The notes under the pieces: model-generated
Databases searched by the model: none
What the model was told of the DNA's origin: nothing
What the model saw: the letters and a program-made list of their open reading frames with translations, nothing else
In this document: piece after piece, positions 1-9,255 of the stretch
Layout of the letters: each line of letters begins with the position of its first letter
Numbering within the stretch: position 1 is the first letter of the stretch
Program-made: the position numbers and the translations under genes
From: Trichomonas gallinae
Lineage: Eukaryota
Reading direction: 5' to 3'
Assembly (NCBI GenBank): GCA_008369845.1
Contig: MRSU01007698.1
Span: 1-36,823, forward strand
DNA length: 36,823 nt

Positions 1-210
1 CCAACAACAAAGCTTGGCAAGCTCTCCACAACAATGGGCTGGAAGTATGGCAAGGTTGTTGCTGATCTCGAAGAGAAGCGCAAGGCTGAATCCGCTAAGT
101 ACTTCGAAGCCAAGAAGGCTCAGCAGCAGAAGAAGGCTGCTGCTATCGAGAAGGCTAACCAGCAACTCGGTGCTGCTGCCGTCAAGTTCCTCACAACATT
201 CCAGGAGTAA
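1..210 (+). CDS. RPL13A: 60S ribosomal protein L13a (uL13), 3' part; gene truncated by window start
   Basis: Frame +1, missed by the ORF track, reads PTTKLGKLSTTMGWKYGKVVADLEEKRKAESAKYFEAKK...TFQE*. This matches the uL13 C-terminal LG.LS..VGWKY......LEEKRK motif. Codon bias is strong and the stop lies in TAAA context. Confidence 0.93.
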   Translation, partial: PTTKLGKLSTTMGWKYGKVVADLEEKRKAESAKYFEAKKAQQQKKAAAIEKANQQLGAAAVKFLTTFQE

Positions 211-295
211 ACTTTTATAAATTTCCAATATTTATATAAAATTCAATTTTTTTTAACTTGATCATCATTAAAATCTTGTCCATGAACCTTCTAAT

Positions 296-321
296 TTAAT
301 CGGATAATTATATCCGATTAA
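296..321. repeat. Perfect 11-bp inverted repeat
   Basis: TTAATCGGATA-atta-TATCCGATTAA lies between two convergent genes. Confidence 0.85.
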
Positions 322-488
322 CATAAAATTGAAAAATATTTTTTTAATTTTTGCTTATTTTGCAAAAATTTATGATTGAAATCAATATAATTGCGACAAA
401 TTGTTGCTCTGTCTAAAGACTAAGAAATAAAACTTATTAAAAAATATATTGATAATTTTTTAATAAATGATAATAAGTAAAAAAACTT

Positions 489-1412
489 TTATGAAAAATA
501 GCCGAGATAACTTTGTGGAGGGATTCTTTCTGGTTCTGGGAATCTCTTTTCCTTAGGAACTGCATCGAAGATTTTGAAATTCAAATTCCTTTCTGCAGAA
601 ACCTCCATAATAGATGCCTTGTTGTTAGAACGGTACATGTAGTTTGGAGCTGACCAAACAGTAACAAGTTTTTTGTCATGATGCCACAAGAAACCTTCGT
701 TTGCAAGCTGGTGAGCACGAGCAATTAGGTCAAGCTTGTTGTTGTGGCAGAACTCGTGTGTCGGATTGCTGCCAAACAAGTAGCCTGCACCACGCTGATT
801 GAGGCCCCAGCCTTCGAAGTCTTCTGGATCAGACCAGAGGACATCAGATATTTCTGTGCCGTTGTCTGGTTCCATGCAGCGGTCTGAGATGGCTAATTGT
901 TCGATGATCTTAACCTTTGGTGAAAGACCGCCATGGACGCAGAAGATTTTGCCATCGATTGTTGCACCAATTGGGAGGTAGTTGAAAACATCATTGCATG
1001 TTTGCCAGAGTGAAGCGAAGCCAAATCTCGATAAAATTTCTTCGTAAAAGCCGTAGGCGTTGTTAACCTGACGGCATTCGTGATTGCCACGGAGCATGAA
1101 AAATCTTGTTGGATATTTGACCTTGTAAGCGAGGAGAAGAGCAAGTGTATCAACAGAAAAATATCCACGATCAACGTAATCGCCGAGGAATAAATATTTT
1201 GTATCCGGAGGGAGACCGCCAACCTCGAACAATTCGAGAACATCTTCGAATTGGCCGTGGACGTCGCCACAAACAGAGATTGGCGAAGAAAGGTTGATAA
1301 TTGTTCCTTCTTGATAGAAGACATCCCTGGCCAATCTAAGGAGGCAGACGAAATCTGATTCGGCAATTGGATTTCGTTGCCTGATGTCCTCGATGAACTT
1401 GTCTAAATCCAT
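489..1412 (-). CDS. Ser/Thr protein phosphatase, PPP family (PP2A-like subgroup, closest to PP4/PP6)
   Basis: Motifs GDVHG, GDYVDRG, RGNHE, HGG, RAHQ and VTVWSAPNY are present. First ATG (MDLDKFIE) is at 1412; the ORF track's upstream extension starts on a non-ATG codon. Confidence 0.93.
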   Translation of the reverse strand: MDLDKFIEDIRQRNPIAESDFVCLLRLARDVFYQEGTIINLSSPISVCGDVHGQFEDVLELFEVGGLPPDTKYLFLGDYVDRGYFSVDTLALLLAYKVKYPTRFFMLRGNHECRQVNNAYGFYEEILSRFGFASLWQTCNDVFNYLPIGATIDGKIFCVHGGLSPKVKIIEQLAISDRCMEPDNGTEISDVLWSDPEDFEGWGLNQRGAGYLFGSNPTHEFCHNNKLDLIARAHQLANEGFLWHHDKKLVTVWSAPNYMYRSNNKASIMEVSAERNLNFKIFDAVPKEKRFPEPERIPPQSYLGYFS

Positions 1413-2173
1413 TGATGTAAAATTGACAGAGCCATTGAAAAACGTTTCTCGAATAAAAATTACAATGAAGTGGAATTGGACCAAAACAACTTTGTTTTTG
1501 GATTTAGTGCACCTAGAAGGATCTATTCCTTCAATATCATCATTTTTTCCCTAAATATTAAATCAATGACTTTTCTCATTGGAAATATAATACACTAAAC
1601 ACATATAATTTAAATTACACAGAATTTTTGAATGAAAAGCAAAATCTCAAAATTGGTCAAACAATTTCTAGTGTAAACCAATAATTTTTGATCAAATCAT
1701 AGCAAAAATCGACGTATTTGTTTAAAATATCACTTCTTATCTAAAAATATCAATAAATTATTTTATCAATTTTATTGAACTGATGGGCATCAATACCTGA
1801 GATTTCTCCAAAATGATATGCTAGTCTAGAATAATTATATTATAAAATAGATCACGATGTATTTTTAATTAATTTTTATGGAAATAATATCTTTCGAAAT
1901 CTTATTTATAAACCTATAGAGCATTAATTATACGAGATATATATTTAATGGTATAACTTTGAATGATTGAAAACTAGTTTTGAAATAAACAATAAAATAT
2001 ATTTTTGATTAAAACATCATTTCATTTTATTTTTAATTAAGCAATAGATTATGTTGATGTTTACATTAATGAAAAACAATCAATAAAAAATATTACAACA
2101 AATCAAAACGAAAACGAAAAAATACGTCAGTAAATATATTATAACATCATTTATCGAACAACAAGGTATAATA

Positions 2174-3178
2174 TTATTCAACGCCGAGATCGTCATCAGA
2201 TGATGGATCGTGATTAGTAAACCGAGTAGATCTATCGCTCGGTGAACTAGGATTTTTGGTGATATGGAATATCTGTGGGAAGACAGGTTGAGGTTCTTTG
2301 TCTTCAATATTATCATCAAATTGATGATGATCGAATAATGAGAATCCCACATGATTTCCGTGATTCTGGAATTTAGATCTAACTCTATTAACTGAAGAAT
2401 ACTCAGAAGACTCATCTTCCTCTTCATCCGGCTCACGAGTATTTTTTTGGCTTTTTGTTTGGGAGCATATCTTTATAAATGTTTCAATCAATGTCCTGTT
2501 TGGATTATTAGGGTCCATGTTTTTGAGTAATGCCTCCATTAAATGCAATTTCGCTTCAAAACCATAAGGAGTAGGTAATTGAGCTGTCGATGGATGCGCG
2601 GGGGTAGGGGGTATCACGGTCTCAGTTTTCAGTATTTTCTCGTAATCAGCTTGGGCGTTTTCATATACTTCCTCAATGAGTCTATACCTATTTACCATTT
2701 CTTGGAATCCACCGATGTGCATCTCTTGGTGGTTGAGAATAATATCAACTTCGCGCTGCCTCTGGAGCTGAATTTCAGGATCTAAATTTCTTTGCACTAA
2801 TTCAGAAACGGTTTCTGCGTCATTAAACACGTAAGAAGCTCTTGGATTCTTCTGTTTAAGCATTTTAAGGCATTCTGAAATGTCTTCGACTGTTGATAAA
2901 CTTGCTGGCAAAAATGAATTTGGTAATGCAATAGCTTTATTTCTTTTTGGCTTCTTAGGACGCTTGTATGCAATAAAAACTTTCGAAAGATCATTGATTC
3001 CGCGTGATTTTAGTGTTATTCCGTCTTCTAATACAATTCCTCGAAATACAATCGACAAATTTGCAGGAACATATCCATGAACAACGTAGAGCGCATGTTT
3101 TAGGTCGGCGATCGTTCCCGTATCTTCTACTTCAACGAGGAAAGGCTCCTCCTTAGCTGGAGAAACAATAATCCTCAT
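2174..3178 (-). CDS. Ubiquitin-like domain protein, ubiquilin/Dsk2-like (Ubl + STI1-like region, no obvious UBA)
   Basis: N-terminal Ubl (TIADLK...IVFRGIVLEDGITLKSRGI). The central KQKNPRASYVFND...HIGGFQEM and LPTPY segments resemble the ubiquilin STI1/GG region and LPNPW motif. Confidence 0.7.
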   Translation of the reverse strand: MRIIVSPAKEEPFLVEVEDTGTIADLKHALYVVHGYVPANLSIVFRGIVLEDGITLKSRGINDLSKVFIAYKRPKKPKRNKAIALPNSFLPASLSTVEDISECLKMLKQKNPRASYVFNDAETVSELVQRNLDPEIQLQRQREVDIILNHQEMHIGGFQEMVNRYRLIEEVYENAQADYEKILKTETVIPPTPAHPSTAQLPTPYGFEAKLHLMEALLKNMDPNNPNRTLIETFIKICSQTKSQKNTREPDEEEDESSEYSSVNRVRSKFQNHGNHVGFSLFDHHQFDDNIEDKEPQPVFPQIFHITKNPSSPSDRSTRFTNHDPSSDDDLGVE

Positions 3179-3884
3179 CTAAAAAAAAAAATAATTTTTT
3201 TGATTTTATGATTTAACAAAAAAATAAGCAAAAATTCAACTACTTAGCTAGCATAGAACAACAATATTAACTCGAAGTCGACTAAAATCGTTTTTTCTCT
3301 CAAAAATCATATTAAAATTCTAAATTTCCCATCATATTCGGCTTGCATTCACTTAATAAAGCAATTTTATTAAAATTTACAAAAACTTACTCACAATTTC
3401 AAGTTTTTTGCTATGAAAATATAGATTTCTAGTTCAAGTATTTGTTTGGGATCATCCAGGCCTATTACATCATTGATTTAATGTGGTTTTAAATTATTCA
3501 GAATTTATTTCAAGCATTTTTTTGCAAAATCTGAAACTCATACTACATATACATATATGCTTGGGACTATATTTTTTCTATATCAATTCTGTATGTTTTC
3601 ATTTATAGACTCTGGAATTGCGAAATGATCATCATGGTTGAAGAGAAATGTCAAAATCTCACGAAGCAATTTTATACAATAAACTGCGTAAATTACAAAA
3701 ATCAATCTTTTAAATCTCCGCTCCATAAAGAATCCTCAATGCACCTTGAATAAGATTAATGTAACCCACTTTTCTTTAACAATGCTTGGATCAAGCGCGC
3801 CTAGAAAATGCTTGTTATTACATCATTGGACAAATGCCAGAATTTGAGTAGATCTATTTCTTGAAAATATCTCAATAATTTTAA

Positions 3885-3935
3885 TTTGTCATGTAAACAA
3901 ACTATTGCCATATAAACATTAATTTGACATGTAAA
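3885..3935 (+). repeat. Three direct copies of TTG(T/C/A)CAT(G/A)TAAA at 19-bp period
   Basis: The G of each copy is at 3888, 3907 and 3926. Confidence 0.75.
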
Positions 3936-4082
3936 TGGCAATTTCGTTATATTACAATTCAGATAAAATTATTCGATATTTTGACTTATTACAATGTTTG
4001 GATGATATTTCCGCCAAAAAATAAAAATTCGAAATTGCTCTGACTTTACAAAAATAAACGTAAAATTCGTTGTTAATTAATT

Positions 4083-4087
4083 TCATT
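4083..4087 (+). promoter_or_regulatory. Trichomonad initiator (Inr)-like TCATT
   Basis: TCATT lies 20 nt upstream of the B9 ATG, the typical position. Confidence 0.55.
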
Positions 4088-4102
4088 TTTTATTGTTATT
4101 AA

Positions 4103-4648
4103 ATGTCTCAGCCAATAAACATCCATCTCACAGTTCAGGGTACAATCGATAAATGCGTTACTAATGCATCTTGTGATATGTATTGCAAATTCGGCTTTGT
4201 TTCAGGCCAAGACTGGGAAGCATATGCTGGAAGCAAAGCTGGCGTTTCTTACACAACACACGTCAATGCAAAGCATGAAGCTATATTCAACTATCCAGTC
4301 GGGATTTCTCTAAGAACTAATACACCGTATGGATGGCCACAAATCGTTTTGGCCGTCTATGGATTGAACTCTTTTGGCAATGATAAAATTGTTGGATATG
4401 GTGCAGTACATCTTCCATTAAAGCAAGGAACACATAAATTAAAAGTTCCTTTATTTGCACCACAAGCAGAATCATTCTTCCAGAAAATTACGGCATACTT
4501 CACCGGCTTATATCCAGAGCTTATTGAAACAAATTTAGTTGCCCAAGGCCCTAATAGAGAGGTCATGAAAACACATTCAAGCGGATATGTTGAATTGACA
4601 TTGAATATGGTTACAAATGAATTAGAACAATTCCAACTCAAGGTTTAA
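4103..4648 (+). CDS. B9D1: B9 domain ciliary transition-zone protein (B9D1/MKSR1-like)
   Basis: PYGWPQIVLAVYG...FGNDKIVGYGAVHLP closely follows the B9D1 signature; 181 aa. Confidence 0.85.
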   Translation: MSQPINIHLTVQGTIDKCVTNASCDMYCKFGFVSGQDWEAYAGSKAGVSYTTHVNAKHEAIFNYPVGISLRTNTPYGWPQIVLAVYGLNSFGNDKIVGYGAVHLPLKQGTHKLKVPLFAPQAESFFQKITAYFTGLYPELIETNLVAQGPNREVMKTHSSGYVELTLNMVTNELEQFQLKV

Positions 4649-5359
4649 GGCTTTTTATTAATTATTTTCCTTTTAGTTGTATATTAGTTAAATGTTGATA
4701 TTATTTGATTGTGTAAACTGTCCATTATTGTTAGTAATATTAAAATTCATCAATTTTTCTCTTGCTTTCCGAAGTTTAAGATGATATTCTCGATGAAAAA
4801 TTATTTTTATTTAATTCAGGTTAGATTGAAGTCATCAATAATAAGATCATCTAATTTTATATGAAAAAATGACATAAATTTGGTAATTTACATAAATGAA
4901 AATGATTTCAAAAAATTTAAGCTTAAACATCAATTTAATTTGATGAAACATGAAAAAATATGTCAATTGAATATAAATGACAAGTTTGTAATGCATTTTA
5001 TTATAAAATCAAAATTGATGAAAATAATCGTAATTGTATTATTGTTCTCAAGCAACATCAGCTACTAAACACTTAATTGTATCATTAGTAAAGGTTCCAA
5101 AATATATAGTTATCATTTTCTAAAATAATATATCAAAAAAGATCGATAGTGAATATGCTTACTCTATCATGTGATATAAAATAATATAAAGTTTGACGAA
5201 TTCATAGGGAATAATTTTTAGATGTGAATTCGTTTTCTAAAATTTTCATAGAAATTGAACTCGCTTGTTAAAAAATATTTCTCTAGTGTAGTACTTAATA
5301 ATTGCATTTCAAAAAACAAAATAAAGTTTATAAAATTTGACACACATCATTTTTTCGAA

Positions 5360-5845
5360 ATGTCTGCTAACAAGAACGTACTTGTCGCATACTTCTCACA
5401 CAGTGGCAACACAAGAAGGGCTGCTGAAATCATCCACAACATTGTTGGTGGCACGCTGTATGAAATAAAGGGAGATAATCGTTATCCAAATGATTATCAT
5501 TCTATAACTGTTCAAGCACAAAAAGAGCAGCAGCAAAAATTCAGGCCAAATCTTGTTAATCCAATTCCTGACATCGAAAAGTATGATACGATCATTCTCG
5601 GAAATCCATGTTGGTGGGGAACTTTTCCAATGGCAACATTCACTTTCTTAGAGAAGTTTAATTTTGATGGAAAGAGAATTCTTCCATTTGTCACTCACGA
5701 AGGCAGCGGCCTTGGATCAGAAGTAGAAGACATCAAGAGAACATGTCCTACTGCTAAAGTGGCCGATGGAATACCAATAAATGGACCACGTGCTTCTAGC
5801 TACAAGTCTAACATTGAGAAATGGCTCAAACAAAATGGATTATAA
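5360..5845 (+). CDS. Flavodoxin, bacterial-type (Flavodoxin_4-like)
   Basis: FMN P-loop LVAYFSHSGNT, plus YDTIILGNPCWWGT and PFVTHEGSGLG. First ATG at 5360 follows Inr-like TCATT (5347). Stop in TAAA context. Confidence 0.9.
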   Translation: MSANKNVLVAYFSHSGNTRRAAEIIHNIVGGTLYEIKGDNRYPNDYHSITVQAQKEQQQKFRPNLVNPIPDIEKYDTIILGNPCWWGTFPMATFTFLEKFNFDGKRILPFVTHEGSGLGSEVEDIKRTCPTAKVADGIPINGPRASSYKSNIEKWLKQNGL

Positions 5846-6039
5846 AATTAATGAAAAAATGATAAAAAATTAAATAAAAAAATCCTATAATCAACTGATT
5901 TATAAATACTTACTGATAAACTAACTATATAATGATTCAAATTTTGACGATTTTTAATTAGATCATATTTTAATTGATATATTTTGGCGTTTCTCTTTAT
6001 ACAAATGTACAAATTTGATGCTTATACGGAAGAATTTCG

Positions 6040-6180
6040 ATGATATTACATAAAAAAGTTAACAATACAGCATTGATTTTGGCTTCAAATAATGGTCATC
6101 ATGAAGTAAACAAATTCATTAATATAATCAAATCATTAAAGAATGTGATATTGCCTAGAATAGATATATTTGATTTATAA
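6040..6180 (+). pseudogene. Isolated ankyrin-repeat fragment / micro-ORF
   Basis: 46-aa frame MILHKKVNNTALILASNNGHHEVNKF... contains the ankyrin half-repeat TAL..AS.NGH.EV. Confidence 0.55.
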
Positions 6181-6203
6181 ATAAATTCTAATACTTTATT
6201 ACT

Positions 6204-7775
6204 CTAATTACGTTTGTTCTTTGACTTTCCGCCATTTTTGTCAAACTTCTTTCCTCCTTTTTTATCATTTTTACTAAAATTCTTATTACCATCCTTCCTT
6301 TCCTTCTTTGATGGTTTCTCATCACCATTATCATTTGCTCTACCATTTCTCATCCTCTTATCTTTCTTGGCCTTGATTTTTGCAGCTACAATTGATGCAT
6401 CTTTTGGATCTCTCATCTTCTTAGAGACAAACTCTCTCTTTTTATCTGTAATAACTGCGAGAGGGTTTCCAGCAATATCCTTAGCACGCTCGATGTCTCT
6501 AAGAGATTTTTCGAGGACTTTCTCTTCTTTTTCTTCTTCACGCATTTCAGCGACCTTTTCTGCTACTTCTTCTATCTTCTTTTGTGTCTGCTCGATTACC
6601 TCATCTGGTATTGTGCGTTTAGAAACCGGATTCGTTTCTTGCGACTTTTCAATAATTGATTTCATCATTTCTCTATCTTCTTCTGTAATAAGTGCAATAG
6701 TACGGCCCTCTGTGTTGATACGAGCTGTACGACCTACACGATGAACGTAATATGTAAGAGAACGTGGCATATTATAATTAATAACATTTTCAATGCCTTT
6801 GATATCCAAACCACGAGCAGCGACATCAGTAGCGATTAAGAATAATGCTTCACCACTTACAAACAATGATTGAGCTTCATATCTCTTGAGTTGTGTCATA
6901 TCTCCTTGTAATTCGGCGACAGGCATTCCAAGGGCCTTGAAAAGCAGATAAAGGTTGTGTACAATCTTCTTTGTGTTGCCAAAGATGAGTGTCTTCTTTG
7001 TACAAATCCTAGAACAGCAAGCAATTAGTGTTGCATCGCGATTTTCTTTTGTGCAGCGAATAAACTCATGTGTTAAGCCTTTCGCCACCTTGAAGACATC
7101 ATCTAAGTCAATTCGGACTGGTTTCTTCAACGACATTTCGGCGAGTCTTGCAACTGACGAATTCATTGTAGCAGTGACTAAAATTGACTGTGTATTTTCT
7201 GGTAATGAGTTGTGTACTTCTTCAATCTGTTGATAAAAACCTTCTTGAAGGAGTCTATCTGACTCATCGAGAACTAAAACGAGAATATTTTCGAGTGTGA
7301 ATCCTTCGCAGTTCTTAATATGATCGACTATTCTTCCTGGTGTGCAAACCAAGAAGTCTGGATAAGTAAGAAGTCTTTCTTCCTCTTCTTTGACATTTGA
7401 TGTGCCACCAGTCAGTAATAATGCTCTGAGTGGTGTGAATTGGATGATTTGGTTCAAAACTGCGAATGTTTGTGATGCAAGTTCACGTGTTGGCGATAAA
7501 ATTAAGGCTCTTGTTTGATTATCTTTAGATTTTGAACGAAGAAGGCGCTCAACTGTAGGTATAAGGAAAGCAGCAGTCTTTCCTGATCCTGTTACAGCTG
7601 ATGCGCAGACATCTCTGCCTTGCAAAGCGATTGGAATCGTTTTATTTTGAACTGGCGTCGGTGTTTCGAAGTTCATTTTGTGTAAAGCGCGAATAATGGC
7701 GTGAGAAAGACCTAACTCTTCGAATGACTCGACATCATTCGGAAGAGGAGTCTCTGTATCGAAGAAATCAGCCAT
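6204..7775 (-). CDS. DRS1: DEAD-box RNA helicase, DRS1/DDX27-like (60S biogenesis)
   Basis: Q motif, AVTGSGKTAAF, PTRELA, TPGRIVDH, DESD, ARGLD and YVHRVGRTAR are present, with a basic C-tail. First ATG at 7775 (MADFFD). Confidence 0.85.
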   Translation of the reverse strand: MADFFDTETPLPNDVESFEELGLSHAIIRALHKMNFETPTPVQNKTIPIALQGRDVCASAVTGSGKTAAFLIPTVERLLRSKSKDNQTRALILSPTRELASQTFAVLNQIIQFTPLRALLLTGGTSNVKEEEERLLTYPDFLVCTPGRIVDHIKNCEGFTLENILVLVLDESDRLLQEGFYQQIEEVHNSLPENTQSILVTATMNSSVARLAEMSLKKPVRIDLDDVFKVAKGLTHEFIRCTKENRDATLIACCSRICTKKTLIFGNTKKIVHNLYLLFKALGMPVAELQGDMTQLKRYEAQSLFVSGEALFLIATDVAARGLDIKGIENVINYNMPRSLTYYVHRVGRTARINTEGRTIALITEEDREMMKSIIEKSQETNPVSKRTIPDEVIEQTQKKIEEVAEKVAEMREEEKEEKVLEKSLRDIERAKDIAGNPLAVITDKKREFVSKKMRDPKDASIVAAKIKAKKDKRMRNGRANDNGDEKPSKKERKDGNKNFSKNDKKGGKKFDKNGGKSKNKRN

Positions 7776-7810
7776 TTTGATATTTTTGTGGCTCAAAGAC
7801 GATAAAAAAT

Positions 7811-8004
7811 TTTAATCATGATTAACCTTAATTATTTTGTCTTGTAAAATATCATATCTGACAAGTAAATTTTAATCGCAATTAACCTTAATTATTTTGT
7901 TTTGTAAATTGTCATTTATGACATGTAATATTATAATTATCTTTGATTAATTTGAAAAGTTTCAAAATATGACATGTAAATTTTAATAATGATTAACCTT
8001 TATT
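7811..8004 (+). repeat. 60-bp tandem repeat (2 copies plus a partial third) containing TGACA(A/T)GTAA
   Basis: 7811-7870 aligns with 7871-7930 (ATTAACCTTAATTATTTTGT identical). A partial third copy lies at about 7968-8004. Confidence 0.85.
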
Positions 8005-8042
8005 GATTTTTGAATTAGAATAATAGGATCCTGTTGGATATA

Positions 8043-8080
8043 AATGAATCGACATCATTGAGAAGAGGAGTCTCTGTATC
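8043..8080 (+). repeat. 38-bp copy of the DRS1 5' coding sequence (7723-7760)
   Basis: AATGAATCGACATCATTGAGAAGAGGAGTCTCTGTATC vs AATGACTCGACATCATTCGGAAGAGGAGTCTCTGTATC; 35/38 identical. Confidence 0.9.
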
Positions 8081-8256
8081 ACAATGTTAATAATATAAAC
8101 ATTTCTAACCTTATCACATGAAAATATGATAATTAAAAATAATTTAGATCATTTTGTTACAGATAAAAGTGTTTATCATGAAATATTAATAAAACTACAG
8201 TTGTTGGAATTGTTCTTCGTTTCAATAAGAATATAAAACATATAGTAGCCGCAAAA

Positions 8257-9255
8257 TTACACTAATAAAACGACTTCACTGCTGATTAAACTCTTTTCTG
8301 CCTTCTTATGGTTATTTATATCCTCTTCCTCATAATAGTATCCTTCAGAATACTCTCTTCGCTGCTGCTTTGGATCTTCATCGAAATCTTCTTCCTCTTC
8401 TTCTTCAACAGACTGAACATCTTCTGCCTTCATCTTCTTGATCAGGTTCTTGTTGTCTAGGACCCATTTGTACTCAGCATTGATGAATGCGTCGTATTTC
8501 GTTTGCGCATTTTCAACTGCTCTTTGCTTAAACTCTTCAATTTTCCTTTTCTCTTCTTCAGCCTTGGCCTGCTCCTTTGTCTGAATGTGGTTGACAATGG
8601 ATTGTTCGGTTCTTTCAAGCTTTGAGCGAGTTGTATTTCCGTTAGAAGAAGTTTCGATTGTTATGATAAGTTTAGCATTAAAATCGACAAATTCTAGGTC
8701 CAAGTTATGATTTAGTTCGGCTTGTTTTTGCTCTTGGGCTTCTTTTTCGAGTTTTCCAAGATCAACTTCGTTTTCTTTCTCTTGTTCTTTGTTTTTATCA
8801 GCAGCTGCTCTAAGGTCTTCGTAGTCCTTAGGGCGGCGCCACTGAGGAATGCGGTGAAGGTCGTTTTCTGTGAACTTCGGAATTTTTGGTTTTCTTGTTG
8901 GTTCTATATCGATTTGGATCTGATTTCCCTTAAGTGTCATATTAATCTCACCACGGCCAACAAGAACAGGCTCGTTGACTGTTGCTAAGTGAGTTTTGCG
9001 ATGTATTGTTTTTGATTCTGGATTTGGAGACGCAAAAACGTCAACATTGATTAAATTGTTCTTTCCAAGTTCATATTCAAACTGAACTGGTTTGTTATCT
9101 GATTGATATTCAATTAATCTTGCAAATTTTACTGCTGGTATCTCATTTACAGCATTTGATCCTTGACGGGTTAACTTGATAGAAAGGAGGATGTCCTTGT
9201 CGGGAATAGATATGTAGTCTGGCCTCAGTTCATGAATTATTAAAGTTCTTTTCAT
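8257..9255 (-). CDS. Hypothetical protein (beta-rich N-terminus, charged coiled-coil C-terminus)
   Basis: Long ORF with coding-like composition. First ATG at 9255 (MKRTLII) is preceded by AAAAGTGAC (9266-9274 on the minus strand). Confidence 0.8.
   Translation of the reverse strand: MKRTLIIHELRPDYISIPDKDILLSIKLTRQGSNAVNEIPAVKFARLIEYQSDNKPVQFEYELGKNNLINVDVFASPNPESKTIHRKTHLATVNEPVLVGRGEINMTLKGNQIQIDIEPTRKPKIPKFTENDLHRIPQWRRPKDYEDLRAAADKNKEQEKENEVDLGKLEKEAQEQKQAELNHNLDLEFVDFNAKLIITIETSSNGNTTRSKLERTEQSIVNHIQTKEQAKAEEEKRKIEEFKQRAVENAQTKYDAFINAEYKWVLDNKNLIKKMKAEDVQSVEEEEEEDFDEDPKQQRREYSEGYYYEEEDINNHKKAEKSLISSEVVLLV

Noticed and set aside
14..220. 68-aa ORF from the ORF track
   Set aside because: Wrong frame; frame +1 (1-210) encodes the RPL13a C-terminus.
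893..1366. 157-aa alternative-frame ORF inside the phosphatase
   Set aside because: Shadow frame with no recognisable motif.
3740..3815. Minus-strand LGALDPSIVKEKW resembling a Myb repeat linker
   Set aside because: Too short, and the flanking Myb tryptophan pattern is missing.
6214..7233. Antisense ORFs over the helicase (176 and 92 aa)
   Set aside because: F/S/L-rich mirror of a K/E-rich sense strand.
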